A stretch of DNA of 64,000 nt. Origin: a bacterium (lineage in GTDB: Bacteria > JAHJDO01). Under the pieces are notes generated by a model. That model searched no databases and was not told the DNA's origin. It worked only from the letters and a program-made list of their open reading frames with translations. Position 1 is the stretch's first letter. Each line of letters begins with the position of its first letter. The stretch is taken from positions 192,001-256,000 of the forward strand of contig JBDRTG010000047.1 in assembly GCA_043824255.1 (NCBI GenBank), read 5' to 3'. Of this stretch, positions 9,794 to 18,247 are shown piece by piece. Position numbers and translations under genes: made by a program.

Positions 9794-10512
9794 CTCTCAC
9801 ACTTCCTTTTTTCAATTAGCTCATTAGCTATTTTAAGCGATTCGAATGTGCCGGCATCTATCCACCATCCTTTTAGAATATGATATGTCATATCTCCCTG
9901 TTCTATATATTTGTTATTTACGTCTGTAATCTCAAGTTCTCCCCTTGCAGAGGGCTTCAATCCTTTGATTATCTCAAACGCTCTTCTATCGTACATATAC
10001 ACTCCTGTTACTACATACTTGCTTTTAGGTGTTTTGGGCTTTTCTTCAATTCCTTTAATCTTATTATCAACAATTTCTGCCACACCAAATCGTACTGGAT
10101 TCTCTACCTCCTTCAGTAAAACCTTCGCGCCTGTTTCCTGTTTTCTGTATTCATTAATATAAACACTCAAGTCCTCTTCAAACAGATTATCTCCCAATAT
10201 TGCAATAACTTTATTCCCTCCTGAGAATTTCTCTCCAAGTCCTACTGCCTGCGCAATGCCTCCAGCTTCATCCTGAACCTTGTATGTGAATTCGCATCCG
10301 AACTCTTTTCCACTGCCAAGTGTATTAACCATATCACCCATGTGGTCAACACCGGTAACCACTAAGATTTCAGTAATATTAGCATTAACTAGTTGTTCGA
10401 TTGCATAATAAATAATAGGCTTTTTCCCGACAGGCAAGAGATGTTTATTAATAACTTTCGTCAAAGGATAAAGTCTTGTACCTGTGCCGCCTGATAGAAT
10501 TATTCCTTTCAT
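9790..10512 (-). CDS. rmlA: glucose-1-phosphate thymidylyltransferase (short form)
   Basis: GGTGTRLYPLT, LGDN, EEKP, PSARGELEITD, WIDAGT. Confidence 0.9.
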   Translation of the reverse strand: MKGIILSGGTGTRLYPLTKVINKHLLPVGKKPIIYYAIEQLVNANITEILVVTGVDHMGDMVNTLGSGKEFGCEFTYKVQDEAGGIAQAVGLGEKFSGGNKVIAILGDNLFEEDLSVYINEYRKQETGAKVLLKEVENPVRFGVAEIVDNKIKGIEEKPKTPKSKYVVTGVYMYDRRAFEIIKGLKPSARGELEITDVNNKYIEQGDMTYHILKGWWIDAGTFESLKIANELIEKRKCES

Positions 10513-10531
10513 AACATCTCCACGTTTTAAC

Positions 10532-11500
10532 TCAAAACTTAAAATCTTTTATTATTAACTTCAATGTATCATCCAACCCGTGTTTTGGAAAGCCGCTCAT
10601 TCCCGAAAGCGTTCGGGATAATTTGGATACGTCAGGTATTCTCCTGCGCATATCTTCAAAACCATGCTCATAAGCCTGGTCATAAGGAATATGAACTATT
10701 TCTGAAGAACTATTCGTCAACTGCTTTATTTTCTTTGCCAGATCTTCTATGCTTATCTCCTCCGTACCTCCAATATTGAATATCTGGCCAATCGCTTTAT
10801 CCTTTTCCATTAAAGCAATTATTGCGTTAACTACGTCTCCAACATACGTAAAACAACGTGTCTGCTTACCATCTCCATATACGGTTATCGGCTTTCCGGA
10901 TAAAGCCTGCTTTATGAATGTGGGAACAACCATTCCATATTGCCCTGTTTGCTTTGGTCCAATCGTATTGAAAAATCTGGTGATCACAACCGGCAATTTC
11001 TTTTCTTTCCAATATGCCATTGCCAAAAATTCATCCAGCGCCTTGGAACACGCATAACTCCATCTTCCAAACGTTGGAGGACCAATTAATAAGTTATCAT
11101 CCTCTTTATACGGTATATTTTTACTTTTTCCATACACCTCTGAGGTCGATGCAATTAATACTTTTTTGTTCTCTTTTGCTGCAGCTTTCAATACAACTTC
11201 TGTCCCATGCACATTGATTTCAATTGTTTTAACAGGACTTTTTACAACCAGCTGCACCCCAACAGCAGCTGCCAGATGATATATTATATCCACTTTATCC
11301 ACTACTGAACTAAGCAATGTCTCATTTGTAATTGTGTCAGTATTGAGATGGAACTTTGGATTTGTTTGAAGGTGTTTTATGTTGTCAATACTGCCTGTTG
11401 ATAAGTCGTCTATTATATAAACTTCATGCCCAATACTGAGCAATTTCTCAGCCAGGTGCGACCCAATAAACCCGCAACCGCCTGTAACTAATATATTCAT
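10532..11500 (-). CDS. NAD-dependent NDP-sugar epimerase/dehydratase (extended SDR)
   Basis: GGCGFIG, ASTSEVYG, YACSK, RFFNTIGP. Confidence 0.9.
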   Translation of the reverse strand: MNILVTGGCGFIGSHLAEKLLSIGHEVYIIDDLSTGSIDNIKHLQTNPKFHLNTDTITNETLLSSVVDKVDIIYHLAAAVGVQLVVKSPVKTIEINVHGTEVVLKAAAKENKKVLIASTSEVYGKSKNIPYKEDDNLLIGPPTFGRWSYACSKALDEFLAMAYWKEKKLPVVITRFFNTIGPKQTGQYGMVVPTFIKQALSGKPITVYGDGKQTRCFTYVGDVVNAIIALMEKDKAIGQIFNIGGTEEISIEDLAKKIKQLTNSSSEIVHIPYDQAYEHGFEDMRRRIPDVSKLSRTLSGMSGFPKHGLDDTLKLIIKDFKF

Positions 11501-12621
11501 TTTGTTAATCCTCTTTCTTCAAGCTCTATTTTTGCCTGTTCTATTTTATCCTCTGCATGCTGTTCTTTTACCCAGTTTACAAGCTCCTCAATTCCGTCCT
11601 CAAATTTATGCTTTGGAGAGTAGCCGAGTTTTTCCTTTATTTTAGAGATATCAGCATAGCAGTGCCGGATATCTCCCTCTCTGAATTGATAAGTGATTTC
11701 AGACTTTCCACCAAAATTTAGCCTGCTTATAAGCGCATTTGCTATATCCAGAATAGACAGCCTTCTTCCTGTTCCCACGTTAAACATTTCATAATTGGCT
11801 TTATCGCATTCCATTGCAAGCATATTTGCCTGCGCAATATCTTTAACGTGCACAAAATCCCTGCTCTGAAGACCATCCTCATATATTATTGGCGCATGAT
11901 TATTAAGAAGTCTGGATGAAAAAATAGCTGCAACTCCTGTATATGGATTTGATAAAGCTTGTCTTGGGCCGTATGTATTGAAATATCTCAAGGCAACTGT
12001 TGGTATGTTGTATGCTCTTCCAATGCACAGGCACATTTCTTCCTGGTCCTTTTTTGATATTGCGTAAATTGATGTAGAATTTAACGGCTTTTCTTCATTA
12101 GTAGGAATTGGTTTAGCGTTTTCCCCGCAGATATGACATTTCATCTCCCACTGCCTTTTTTCCAGCTGAGCAACAGGCCTCAATTTTGGAGATATTCTGC
12201 CGCATTTAGAACATTCATACTCGCCTTCTCCGTATATTGACATTGAAGACGCTACTATGAGCTTCTTGATTTTGTCTTTGCGCTTTATTATAGCCTCAAG
12301 CAAATTAGCAGTGCCAAGTGTATTAACATTCATATATTTCCTGATTTCATACATTGACTGCCCAACGCCAACAGCAGCAGCCTCATGAAAAATTATCTCA
12401 ACTCCATCTATTGCTTTTCTCACATCATCCGGATTTCTGACATCCCCATTTATAAACTCCGCTTCTTTATTAAGATATTCCGGAATATCTGCATTATCTC
12501 CATGCACCTGAGGATCAAGATTGTCCAGCACTCTGACCCTATAGCCTCTTTTCACTAATTCATCAACGATATATGAGCCAATGAAGCCCGCACCGCCTGT
12601 TACTAAAACCAGTTCTCTCAT
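11497..12621 (-). CDS. NAD-dependent NDP-sugar epimerase with Cys-rich insertion (WbiB-like type)
   Basis: GGAGFIG, ASSMSIYGEG, CSKC...CHIC insert, YAISK, GPRQALSNPYTGV. Confidence 0.85.
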   Translation of the reverse strand: MRELVLVTGGAGFIGSYIVDELVKRGYRVRVLDNLDPQVHGDNADIPEYLNKEAEFINGDVRNPDDVRKAIDGVEIIFHEAAAVGVGQSMYEIRKYMNVNTLGTANLLEAIIKRKDKIKKLIVASSMSIYGEGEYECSKCGRISPKLRPVAQLEKRQWEMKCHICGENAKPIPTNEEKPLNSTSIYAISKKDQEEMCLCIGRAYNIPTVALRYFNTYGPRQALSNPYTGVAAIFSSRLLNNHAPIIYEDGLQSRDFVHVKDIAQANMLAMECDKANYEMFNVGTGRRLSILDIANALISRLNFGGKSEITYQFREGDIRHCYADISKIKEKLGYSPKHKFEDGIEELVNWVKEQHAEDKIEQAKIELEERGLTK

Positions 12622-12650
12622 AATGCCTTTCTCCTAAGTTTTATCATTTT

Positions 12651-12685
12651 ATCTCATACACATCCGTTTTGCCAAACATTTTGTC
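12651..12685 (-). repeat. intergenic copy 1 of the GT-C gene 3' end
   Basis: 31/35 identical to 45301-45335; on the minus strand it reads DKMFGKTDVYEIK** versus DKFFGKTDVYEIL in the intact gene. Confidence 0.9.
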
Positions 12686-12727
12686 TAATCATTTTCTAAG
12701 ATGATAGACATTTTAGTCAATAATTTG

Positions 12728-13372
12728 CTAATCCGTGGATACCAAATCATTCCCTGCAGCACATAGTATTTTGTCTAATTCTTTTTGAGCAAAAGACCTA
12801 ATTTTAACATTCGGGATTTTTCTTATCCATTCTTTGGTCTTTTTAAAACTAAATGATTTAGGAAAATGCAATTCAGGAAAATGCCCAAATTGTTTTTTCT
12901 TGCGCGCCGATAAATACAGACAATCAACCAAAGCTTTTTCCGGCTCCGCTATTAAGAAACTACCTCTTCTTTTATACCAATCAAATCCATCAAAAAATGC
13001 GGGAGCTATCCGATGGATAAAGAAAGTCGCTATCTTGGTATGAATTATCCTTGTGTGAACGGTTGAAGCAAGAGTAACCGTCTGAGGAATCTGTCCAATT
13101 ATTCCGTGTAAATGTAATGCTGTTATAAAAGAAACATACGAGCGGTGTCTCGGGAGAAGAAAGGGAATTACAGCATAAGGACTTAACCGCTCATTAGTCA
13201 CTTCGGCCCAAATGCCCCGATATATCTTAAAAACCACACCCTGACTCTGAAGAAAATTAAGCGCCTGAGTTGTAGTTGATAAAGATTTTCCAGAAAAAGC
13301 AGATAATTCGTGTGTTGTAAATACCGGCTGATGCAATTGTTTAATAAATTTTAAAATAGTGGACTTAGGCAT
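12728..13372 (-). CDS. AbiEi-type antitoxin / transcriptional regulator (type IV TA)
   Basis: N-terminal wHTH (VFTTHEL...KIYRGIW), SYVSFITALHLHGII-Q, AEPEKALVD-LY. Confidence 0.85.
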   Translation of the reverse strand: MPKSTILKFIKQLHQPVFTTHELSAFSGKSLSTTTQALNFLQSQGVVFKIYRGIWAEVTNERLSPYAVIPFLLPRHRSYVSFITALHLHGIIGQIPQTVTLASTVHTRIIHTKIATFFIHRIAPAFFDGFDWYKRRGSFLIAEPEKALVDCLYLSARKKKQFGHFPELHFPKSFSFKKTKEWIRKIPNVKIRSFAQKELDKILCAAGNDLVSTD

Positions 13373-14153
13373 ATGTTTTTTTTATTTCCTCAATAAAATT
13401 AGCAACCTTTAGTTTAATCTCATCCCACAAGGATGGTAAATTATAAATAGATTGTTCCTCAGCAGATAAATAAGAAACCACCGTATCGCTAAATTGCTCA
13501 AAACTAACCTCAAACAGATTTTTATACGCTTTTTCCAATGTAGACTCATTTGTTTTAATCCCATCCTTCTTAACAGGCTTATACTGAGATGTTAAAATAT
13601 ATAGATCGAAAATATCCCTTGCCTGAATTATAATTCTATCGGAAAGAGCCTCTATTTTTTGAATTATTGCAGATTGGATATCATAATGAGAAACTACTAA
13701 GGGAGATAATTTATATAAACGCATAATGAGCGTTGATACGGGTTGGACAACAACGTTCCCTTTAGATTCTCTGCGTGAGAACTCAATCTTAGTAAAAAGG
13801 TCTTCATTCGCAGGTGTAATTAAATGAATTTTAAATCTTTGCGTTGTTTCGGTCTGTTTTGCTTTTGCAATTGCGGGAGTAATGACTCTTTCAATTCCAA
13901 ACGGTTTAAGCTCTTCTTGAAAGGATACAGATTGTAGTATCTTCATTACCGCATCACGCAAAACATCTACTTCCACAAAGCGGATATCCAGATCTATATC
14001 TTCCGAATAGCGAAAGCTGCTAAAGAAAAACCGCATATTCACTCCGCCCTTAAGAGCGTAGTGCTCCGGTTTTATTCTTCTCCCAAACCATCTTAAGAAT
14101 TCCAGATGAAATACTTCCCTTAATTGTAGCGGAGTATATATTCTTTCTTCCAT
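13365..14153 (-). CDS. AbiEii/AbiGii-family nucleotidyltransferase toxin
   Basis: LKGG, RYSEDIDL, KIEFS, K-x-x-A...ARDIFDL. Confidence 0.9.
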   Translation of the reverse strand: MEERIYTPLQLREVFHLEFLRWFGRRIKPEHYALKGGVNMRFFFSSFRYSEDIDLDIRFVEVDVLRDAVMKILQSVSFQEELKPFGIERVITPAIAKAKQTETTQRFKIHLITPANEDLFTKIEFSRRESKGNVVVQPVSTLIMRLYKLSPLVVSHYDIQSAIIQKIEALSDRIIIQARDIFDLYILTSQYKPVKKDGIKTNESTLEKAYKNLFEVSFEQFSDTVVSYLSAEEQSIYNLPSLWDEIKLKVANFIEEIKKTYA

Positions 14154-14161
14154 AATTATGT

Positions 14162-14190
14162 ATTATAATTTAGTTACATCTAAATTGCAA
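14162..14190 (-). promoter_or_regulatory. sigma70 promoter with operator-like inverted repeat upstream of the toxin
   Basis: TTGCAA-17nt-TATAAT, then 8 nt to ATG 14153 with no SD; AATTTAG-6-CTAAATT inverted repeat at 14167-14186. Confidence 0.7.
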
Positions 14191-14200
14191 TATATTTATG

Positions 14201-14238
14201 CAAGAATCTCATACACATCTCTTTTGCCAAAGAATTTG
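14201..14238 (-). repeat. intergenic copy 2 of the GT-C gene 3' end
   Basis: 14205-14237 is 32/33 identical to 45300-45332, and 14201-14238 is 33/38 identical to 16408-16445; reads KFFGKRDVYEILA*. Confidence 0.9.
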
Positions 14239-14278
14239 CAATAGTTTAACCATTGGAAGTATCGTAGGGATTTTAATC

Positions 14279-15058
14279 TCAATCAAATTTCTCCTGATTT
14301 TCCACAACATCGCGACTGCATTTTTTATAATCATAAATCTCTATTCCATTATAGTACCAGTCAAACATATCCCTGCGCAATTTAGCCCTCCATATCTTAT
14401 CCTGAGATTTTCGTTTCAAATTATAAAAAACCACCCCTTCGGCAAAAATTTTGTCATCTTTATCTGCTTTGGCGGTTTTTTTGATATAAAATCTGGAGAA
14501 CAGCCAATCCTTAAACCACAAACTCAAATTATCAAAAGTGCGTTCATGCTCATGAAAAGATTTATATCTTAAACTTGTTATAGCTCTGTCAAAAGGATAC
14601 CAGAGATGAAAATCAAGTTTATATGGATTAGCCTGCAGTTTCGGACCGATCAGCTCTCCTGACTGCTCGCCGTTTTCTTTTATATACCCCTTATCTATGG
14701 ATCTGAATAAGCCTTCCATAATGAACCCTTTTCCTCCCACTATCTGTAAAGGATCAATAATATTTTTCCTGTTCTGCACGGCAGTTAGGCGACTGTCTTC
14801 AGTCTTGATTTTTATATTCGTGCCATCAAGCTTTTCAACGGCAATCGTATCCTCGTCATCAAATACCCATTCATAACCGGGATTTATTCTGTCCACCGCC
14901 AAATAGACTTCAGGCGACCTTAAATTAAACTGCGAGCGAAATTTTTTATACTGTTCACTATTAACTTTGAATGTTTGCCGTATGAAAGGACAGTACAGCT
15001 TAGGAAAATCACTCAACATTGCGTTCATATTTATCATGCGCTCCTTTAATTCCTTCAA
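14279..15058 (-). CDS. ATP-dependent RNA ligase family protein (RLIG1/C12orf29-like motifs)
   Basis: Motif I EKLDGTN, III GELIGPKLQANPY, IV EGVVF, V AKLRR. True start is probably ATG 15037 or 15028. Confidence 0.75.
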   Translation of the reverse strand: MKELKERMINMNAMLSDFPKLYCPFIRQTFKVNSEQYKKFRSQFNLRSPEVYLAVDRINPGYEWVFDDEDTIAVEKLDGTNIKIKTEDSRLTAVQNRKNIIDPLQIVGGKGFIMEGLFRSIDKGYIKENGEQSGELIGPKLQANPYKLDFHLWYPFDRAITSLRYKSFHEHERTFDNLSLWFKDWLFSRFYIKKTAKADKDDKIFAEGVVFYNLKRKSQDKIWRAKLRRDMFDWYYNGIEIYDYKKCSRDVVENQEKFD

Positions 15059-15074
15059 TTTTTGTATTTACTGA

Positions 15075-16298
15075 TTAAGGGAGAGAAGATAACCATTGAT
15101 GAGCGGTTACAACCAATACATTGTTCCTGCCATTCTTAAAATATCTGTAAGTATTCTCGTTATTAACAAGCTGGACTGCAGGAACGTCTAAAATATTTTG
15201 AAAATGCAGTAAACTTTTGGAGACTGTTTCGTCCGAAAATTTTGCTTCTACGAGTAAAACAGGATTATTCTTATCCGCTATAAGAAAATCAACCTCTTCT
15301 TTTTCCTTATTCCGTATAAAATGCAGAGTAAACCTTCCAAGCCCATAATCATTCCAGTTATTTATAGCCCTGAACAACTCAAGAGCAACCATATTTTCAA
15401 ACATACTCCCCTTATCCTGAATCTCAGTATAATTAAAAAGATAAAGCTTTTTCTCCTTTGAAATCGCTCTGCTTATTTTTCTGGTCCAGGGCGATATCCT
15501 AAAAATAAGATAAAAAGATTCAAATAAGGTCAGCCAGCTTTTTATGCTGTCAAACGCTGTCTGAATATCCTGAGCGAGATTATTAATAGACAGAGGACTT
15601 CCAACTTTTGACGGAAGTAAAGAAAACAACAAATCTACAGAATTAATTCTTCTTATATCTGACACATCCCTAATGTCCTCCCGAACAATCTGATGATAGT
15701 AATTTGAAGACCATCTGGTTAAAAACGCTTTTGTTCCTTTTACAAAAGGCTCGGGGAAACCGCCTGTATTAAAAAGAGCATCCCATACCTTCTTTGTAGA
15801 TTGTTTCTTGTTTATATCAAAATCTTTTAATGGATTGTCCATGAAATCATTAAAACCTCTATTCTCTCTGCTTAATTCAGCAATTGTAAACGGGAAAAGG
15901 TGGAATTTAAAATATCTTCCAGCAAGAGAATCGCCTCCCTTCTGATAGGTATCAAGCCGACCACTACCTGAGACAAGAAAAGCATACTCATTTTTAAATT
16001 CATCATATATGCCTTTTAAATAATTTTTCCATTGTCTGTATTTGTGTATCTCATCCAATATAACTATAGGTTTGGTAGAATCAACCCTGTTTATATGCTG
16101 AAAAAACGCAGGGTCTTCAATCAACAATTTTTTGTTAGAAATGATATCCCAGTTAAAATAATATTTGTTGGAATAGCTCCTTGCAATAATTTTAGCAAGT
16201 GTGGTTTTCCCTACCTGTCTTGGACCGCTTAAAAAAATCATCTGTTTTTTAGATGATAAAGATTCCCACAAATTAATGTATAATTTTCTCTCTAGCAT
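15075..16298 (-). CDS. AAA_14 ATPase with DUF4143 / C-terminal PD-(D/E)xK-like domain
   Basis: GPRQVGKT, ILDEIH, SGS, SLAGR, GGFP, KLYL, FEN-V, EVDF...VEAK; start moved to ATG 16298. Confidence 0.9.
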   Translation of the reverse strand: MLERKLYINLWESLSSKKQMIFLSGPRQVGKTTLAKIIARSYSNKYYFNWDIISNKKLLIEDPAFFQHINRVDSTKPIVILDEIHKYRQWKNYLKGIYDEFKNEYAFLVSGSGRLDTYQKGGDSLAGRYFKFHLFPFTIAELSRENRGFNDFMDNPLKDFDINKKQSTKKVWDALFNTGGFPEPFVKGTKAFLTRWSSNYYHQIVREDIRDVSDIRRINSVDLLFSLLPSKVGSPLSINNLAQDIQTAFDSIKSWLTLFESFYLIFRISPWTRKISRAISKEKKLYLFNYTEIQDKGSMFENMVALELFRAINNWNDYGLGRFTLHFIRNKEKEEVDFLIADKNNPVLLVEAKFSDETVSKSLLHFQNILDVPAVQLVNNENTYRYFKNGRNNVLVVTAHQWLSSLP

Positions 16299-16320
16299 AC
16301 TACTATTTTGCACTATATTG

Positions 16321-16342
16321 GAAAATAGTCAAGACTATTTTC
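16321..16342. promoter_or_regulatory. perfect palindrome overlapping the putative -35 of the ATPase gene
   Basis: GAAAATAGTC-AA-GACTATTTTC (10-bp arms); contains minus-strand TTGACT. Confidence 0.6.
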
Positions 16343-16399
16343 AATTCCCCCAAGAATTTTTGTAAAAATTCAGGGGCAAGCCCCAGACACTTTTCATCT

Positions 16400-18247
16400 C
16401 TATTTCTCAAGAATACAATACACATCTGTTTTACCAAAGAATTTGTCAAAATAAACGTTTGGAGACATATATTGTTCTTTGTAATGCTTATTCTTTCTCT
16501 GGTTAAAAGATTTAATCAGCTTCAAACCAAGTCTCTCTTCATCAATAATCGGCATAGGAACATTGTAGTTTTCTTTATAATCTTTATCCTCGTAAAAATC
16601 CCTGTGAACAATCACATACTTAACTCCCCATTCTCTAAGCTGTTGAACGGTTTGGGGATTATCAATATGGAGAAGTTTTTCTAAACGAGAACTATCTCCT
16701 CCATTAACAAGTTTCTGTTTATGCACCCTCTGCCAAAACATATATCCATATACTTGCGTTCTTCCTGCAAGCATTGGGTACTCAGCAACAGCAGAGCCAA
16801 ACTCTCCTTCCTGTTTTGCCAGCCATGTATATAGTTTTGGCGGTGTTGAATCAAAATAATGAAACGGAGGAACGTTTATATACTCAACTCCTATTAAAAG
16901 AAAAATTACACTTGTGAAAACAATTTTTAATTTTAAATTTTTAATTTTAAATTTCTCCAGCAGGAATTTCATTCCAATTCCTGAAAGCACACTCAATGAT
17001 ATCATCATCACGACAACCATTCTGGAGTAATACCTGAACATCGGAAACAGCTTATGCAGGAAATACGACGGCATTGGAAGCTTGAACAGCGCGCTGTTCA
17101 GCTTTAACGCGCCGATAGGAATCCACGGTGGAGAAGACATAATCCCAAAGGCGAAAAAGATTATTAGAAAAAATGGAACAACGAGATTTAATTTTGAGTT
17201 TTGAATTTTGCTTGCCCCATAGGCTTGTCCTTCGGGGAATTTTAAATTTTTCCTTCTTCGCCAGAAACATACTGCAATAATAGAGAGAATCAGCGGGGTA
17301 TATCCAAGATATAGAGTATGGTCTATCATACTTCCAAAATCAGGGGACATAAATGGTCTGGAGATATTTTTAAGGATAGGATTTGTCCGCGGAGGGAGCA
17401 GAAAATCTTTTGGCCGAGCTCCTGAAAATATCAGTCCTTCTAATGGACGAGTATAAACAGCAGGCTTATTCTTGCTTTTTGAGAACATTGTTTTGATTAC
17501 TTTGTATTCGGCCGGAAGAACAATAATCAGAGCAGTCAAAAAAGCCACGCCAGCTAATTTTACCCCGTTTAGAAATCTATTTCTAATGGGGCTGTCTGTC
17601 TTTATCACTGCGCGTAGATTTTTGATGTGTCTTAACAACAGAAAAACAATAAATATCATAGTGAATAGGAGCATGTAGTAGCCATAGTAAGGATTGGAGA
17701 AAACAACCAGCGCATAAAAAATCCCGCATAAAACCGCATTCTTATAATTTTTCTCAAATACCAGCTTCAATAAAAACAAAATATACAGCGGCATCCACTG
17801 AGTTGCAGCGAGTAATATATGGTTAAATGACTGCATACAGATATGAGGACAAAAACCGTAGATGATGCCTGAGATAAAGGCTGATATTTTACTCTCTGTG
17901 AGATACCTCACAAGAAGACACATAAAAAAAGCTGAAAGAATAAAATTAAAAATACTAAATAAATTCCATATAAATATTTCATTTGTTAAAAAAGCTGCCA
18001 TAGGCCATAAAGTATGAGCATATATATTATAGTCCAATGCCCATCTGTCTAATGAGGGGAATAATAAAAAGTCCTTAATCTGAAGAGAGACATCTCCACT
18101 TCGCCAAATCCCCCAGATTACAGTAAGCGTATCATCAGGATAACCATAGATTAATTTACTCATATTAAAAATAATAGGGAATGTGATGATAAGAGCAAGA
18201 ATGGTGAAGAGAATTACGGTCGCCAAATTGGACTTATATAATTTCAT
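16400..18247 (-). CDS. GT-C-fold polytopic membrane glycosyltransferase-like protein (paralog of 45261..47078)
   Basis: Many TM helices, acidic GYPDDT after TM1, LYLG and FRYYSR motifs, C-terminal soluble domain with GVKYVIVH. Confidence 0.7.
   Translation of the reverse strand: MKLYKSNLATVILFTILALIITFPIIFNMSKLIYGYPDDTLTVIWGIWRSGDVSLQIKDFLLFPSLDRWALDYNIYAHTLWPMAAFLTNEIFIWNLFSIFNFILSAFFMCLLVRYLTESKISAFISGIIYGFCPHICMQSFNHILLAATQWMPLYILFLLKLVFEKNYKNAVLCGIFYALVVFSNPYYGYYMLLFTMIFIVFLLLRHIKNLRAVIKTDSPIRNRFLNGVKLAGVAFLTALIIVLPAEYKVIKTMFSKSKNKPAVYTRPLEGLIFSGARPKDFLLPPRTNPILKNISRPFMSPDFGSMIDHTLYLGYTPLILSIIAVCFWRRRKNLKFPEGQAYGASKIQNSKLNLVVPFFLIIFFAFGIMSSPPWIPIGALKLNSALFKLPMPSYFLHKLFPMFRYYSRMVVVMMISLSVLSGIGMKFLLEKFKIKNLKLKIVFTSVIFLLIGVEYINVPPFHYFDSTPPKLYTWLAKQEGEFGSAVAEYPMLAGRTQVYGYMFWQRVHKQKLVNGGDSSRLEKLLHIDNPQTVQQLREWGVKYVIVHRDFYEDKDYKENYNVPMPIIDEERLGLKLIKSFNQRKNKHYKEQYMSPNVYFDKFFGKTDVYCILEK

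Noticed and set aside
12677..12720. Imperfect inverted repeat and TTGACT upstream of the epimerase-rml genes
   Set aside because: No convincing -10 at proper spacing, so I could not call it a promoter or terminator.
12651..16445. ~35-nt direct repeats read as a CRISPR array or integron attC sites
   Set aside because: They are 1.5-2.2 kb apart, not palindromic, derive from a coding 3' end, and no cas or intI gene is present.
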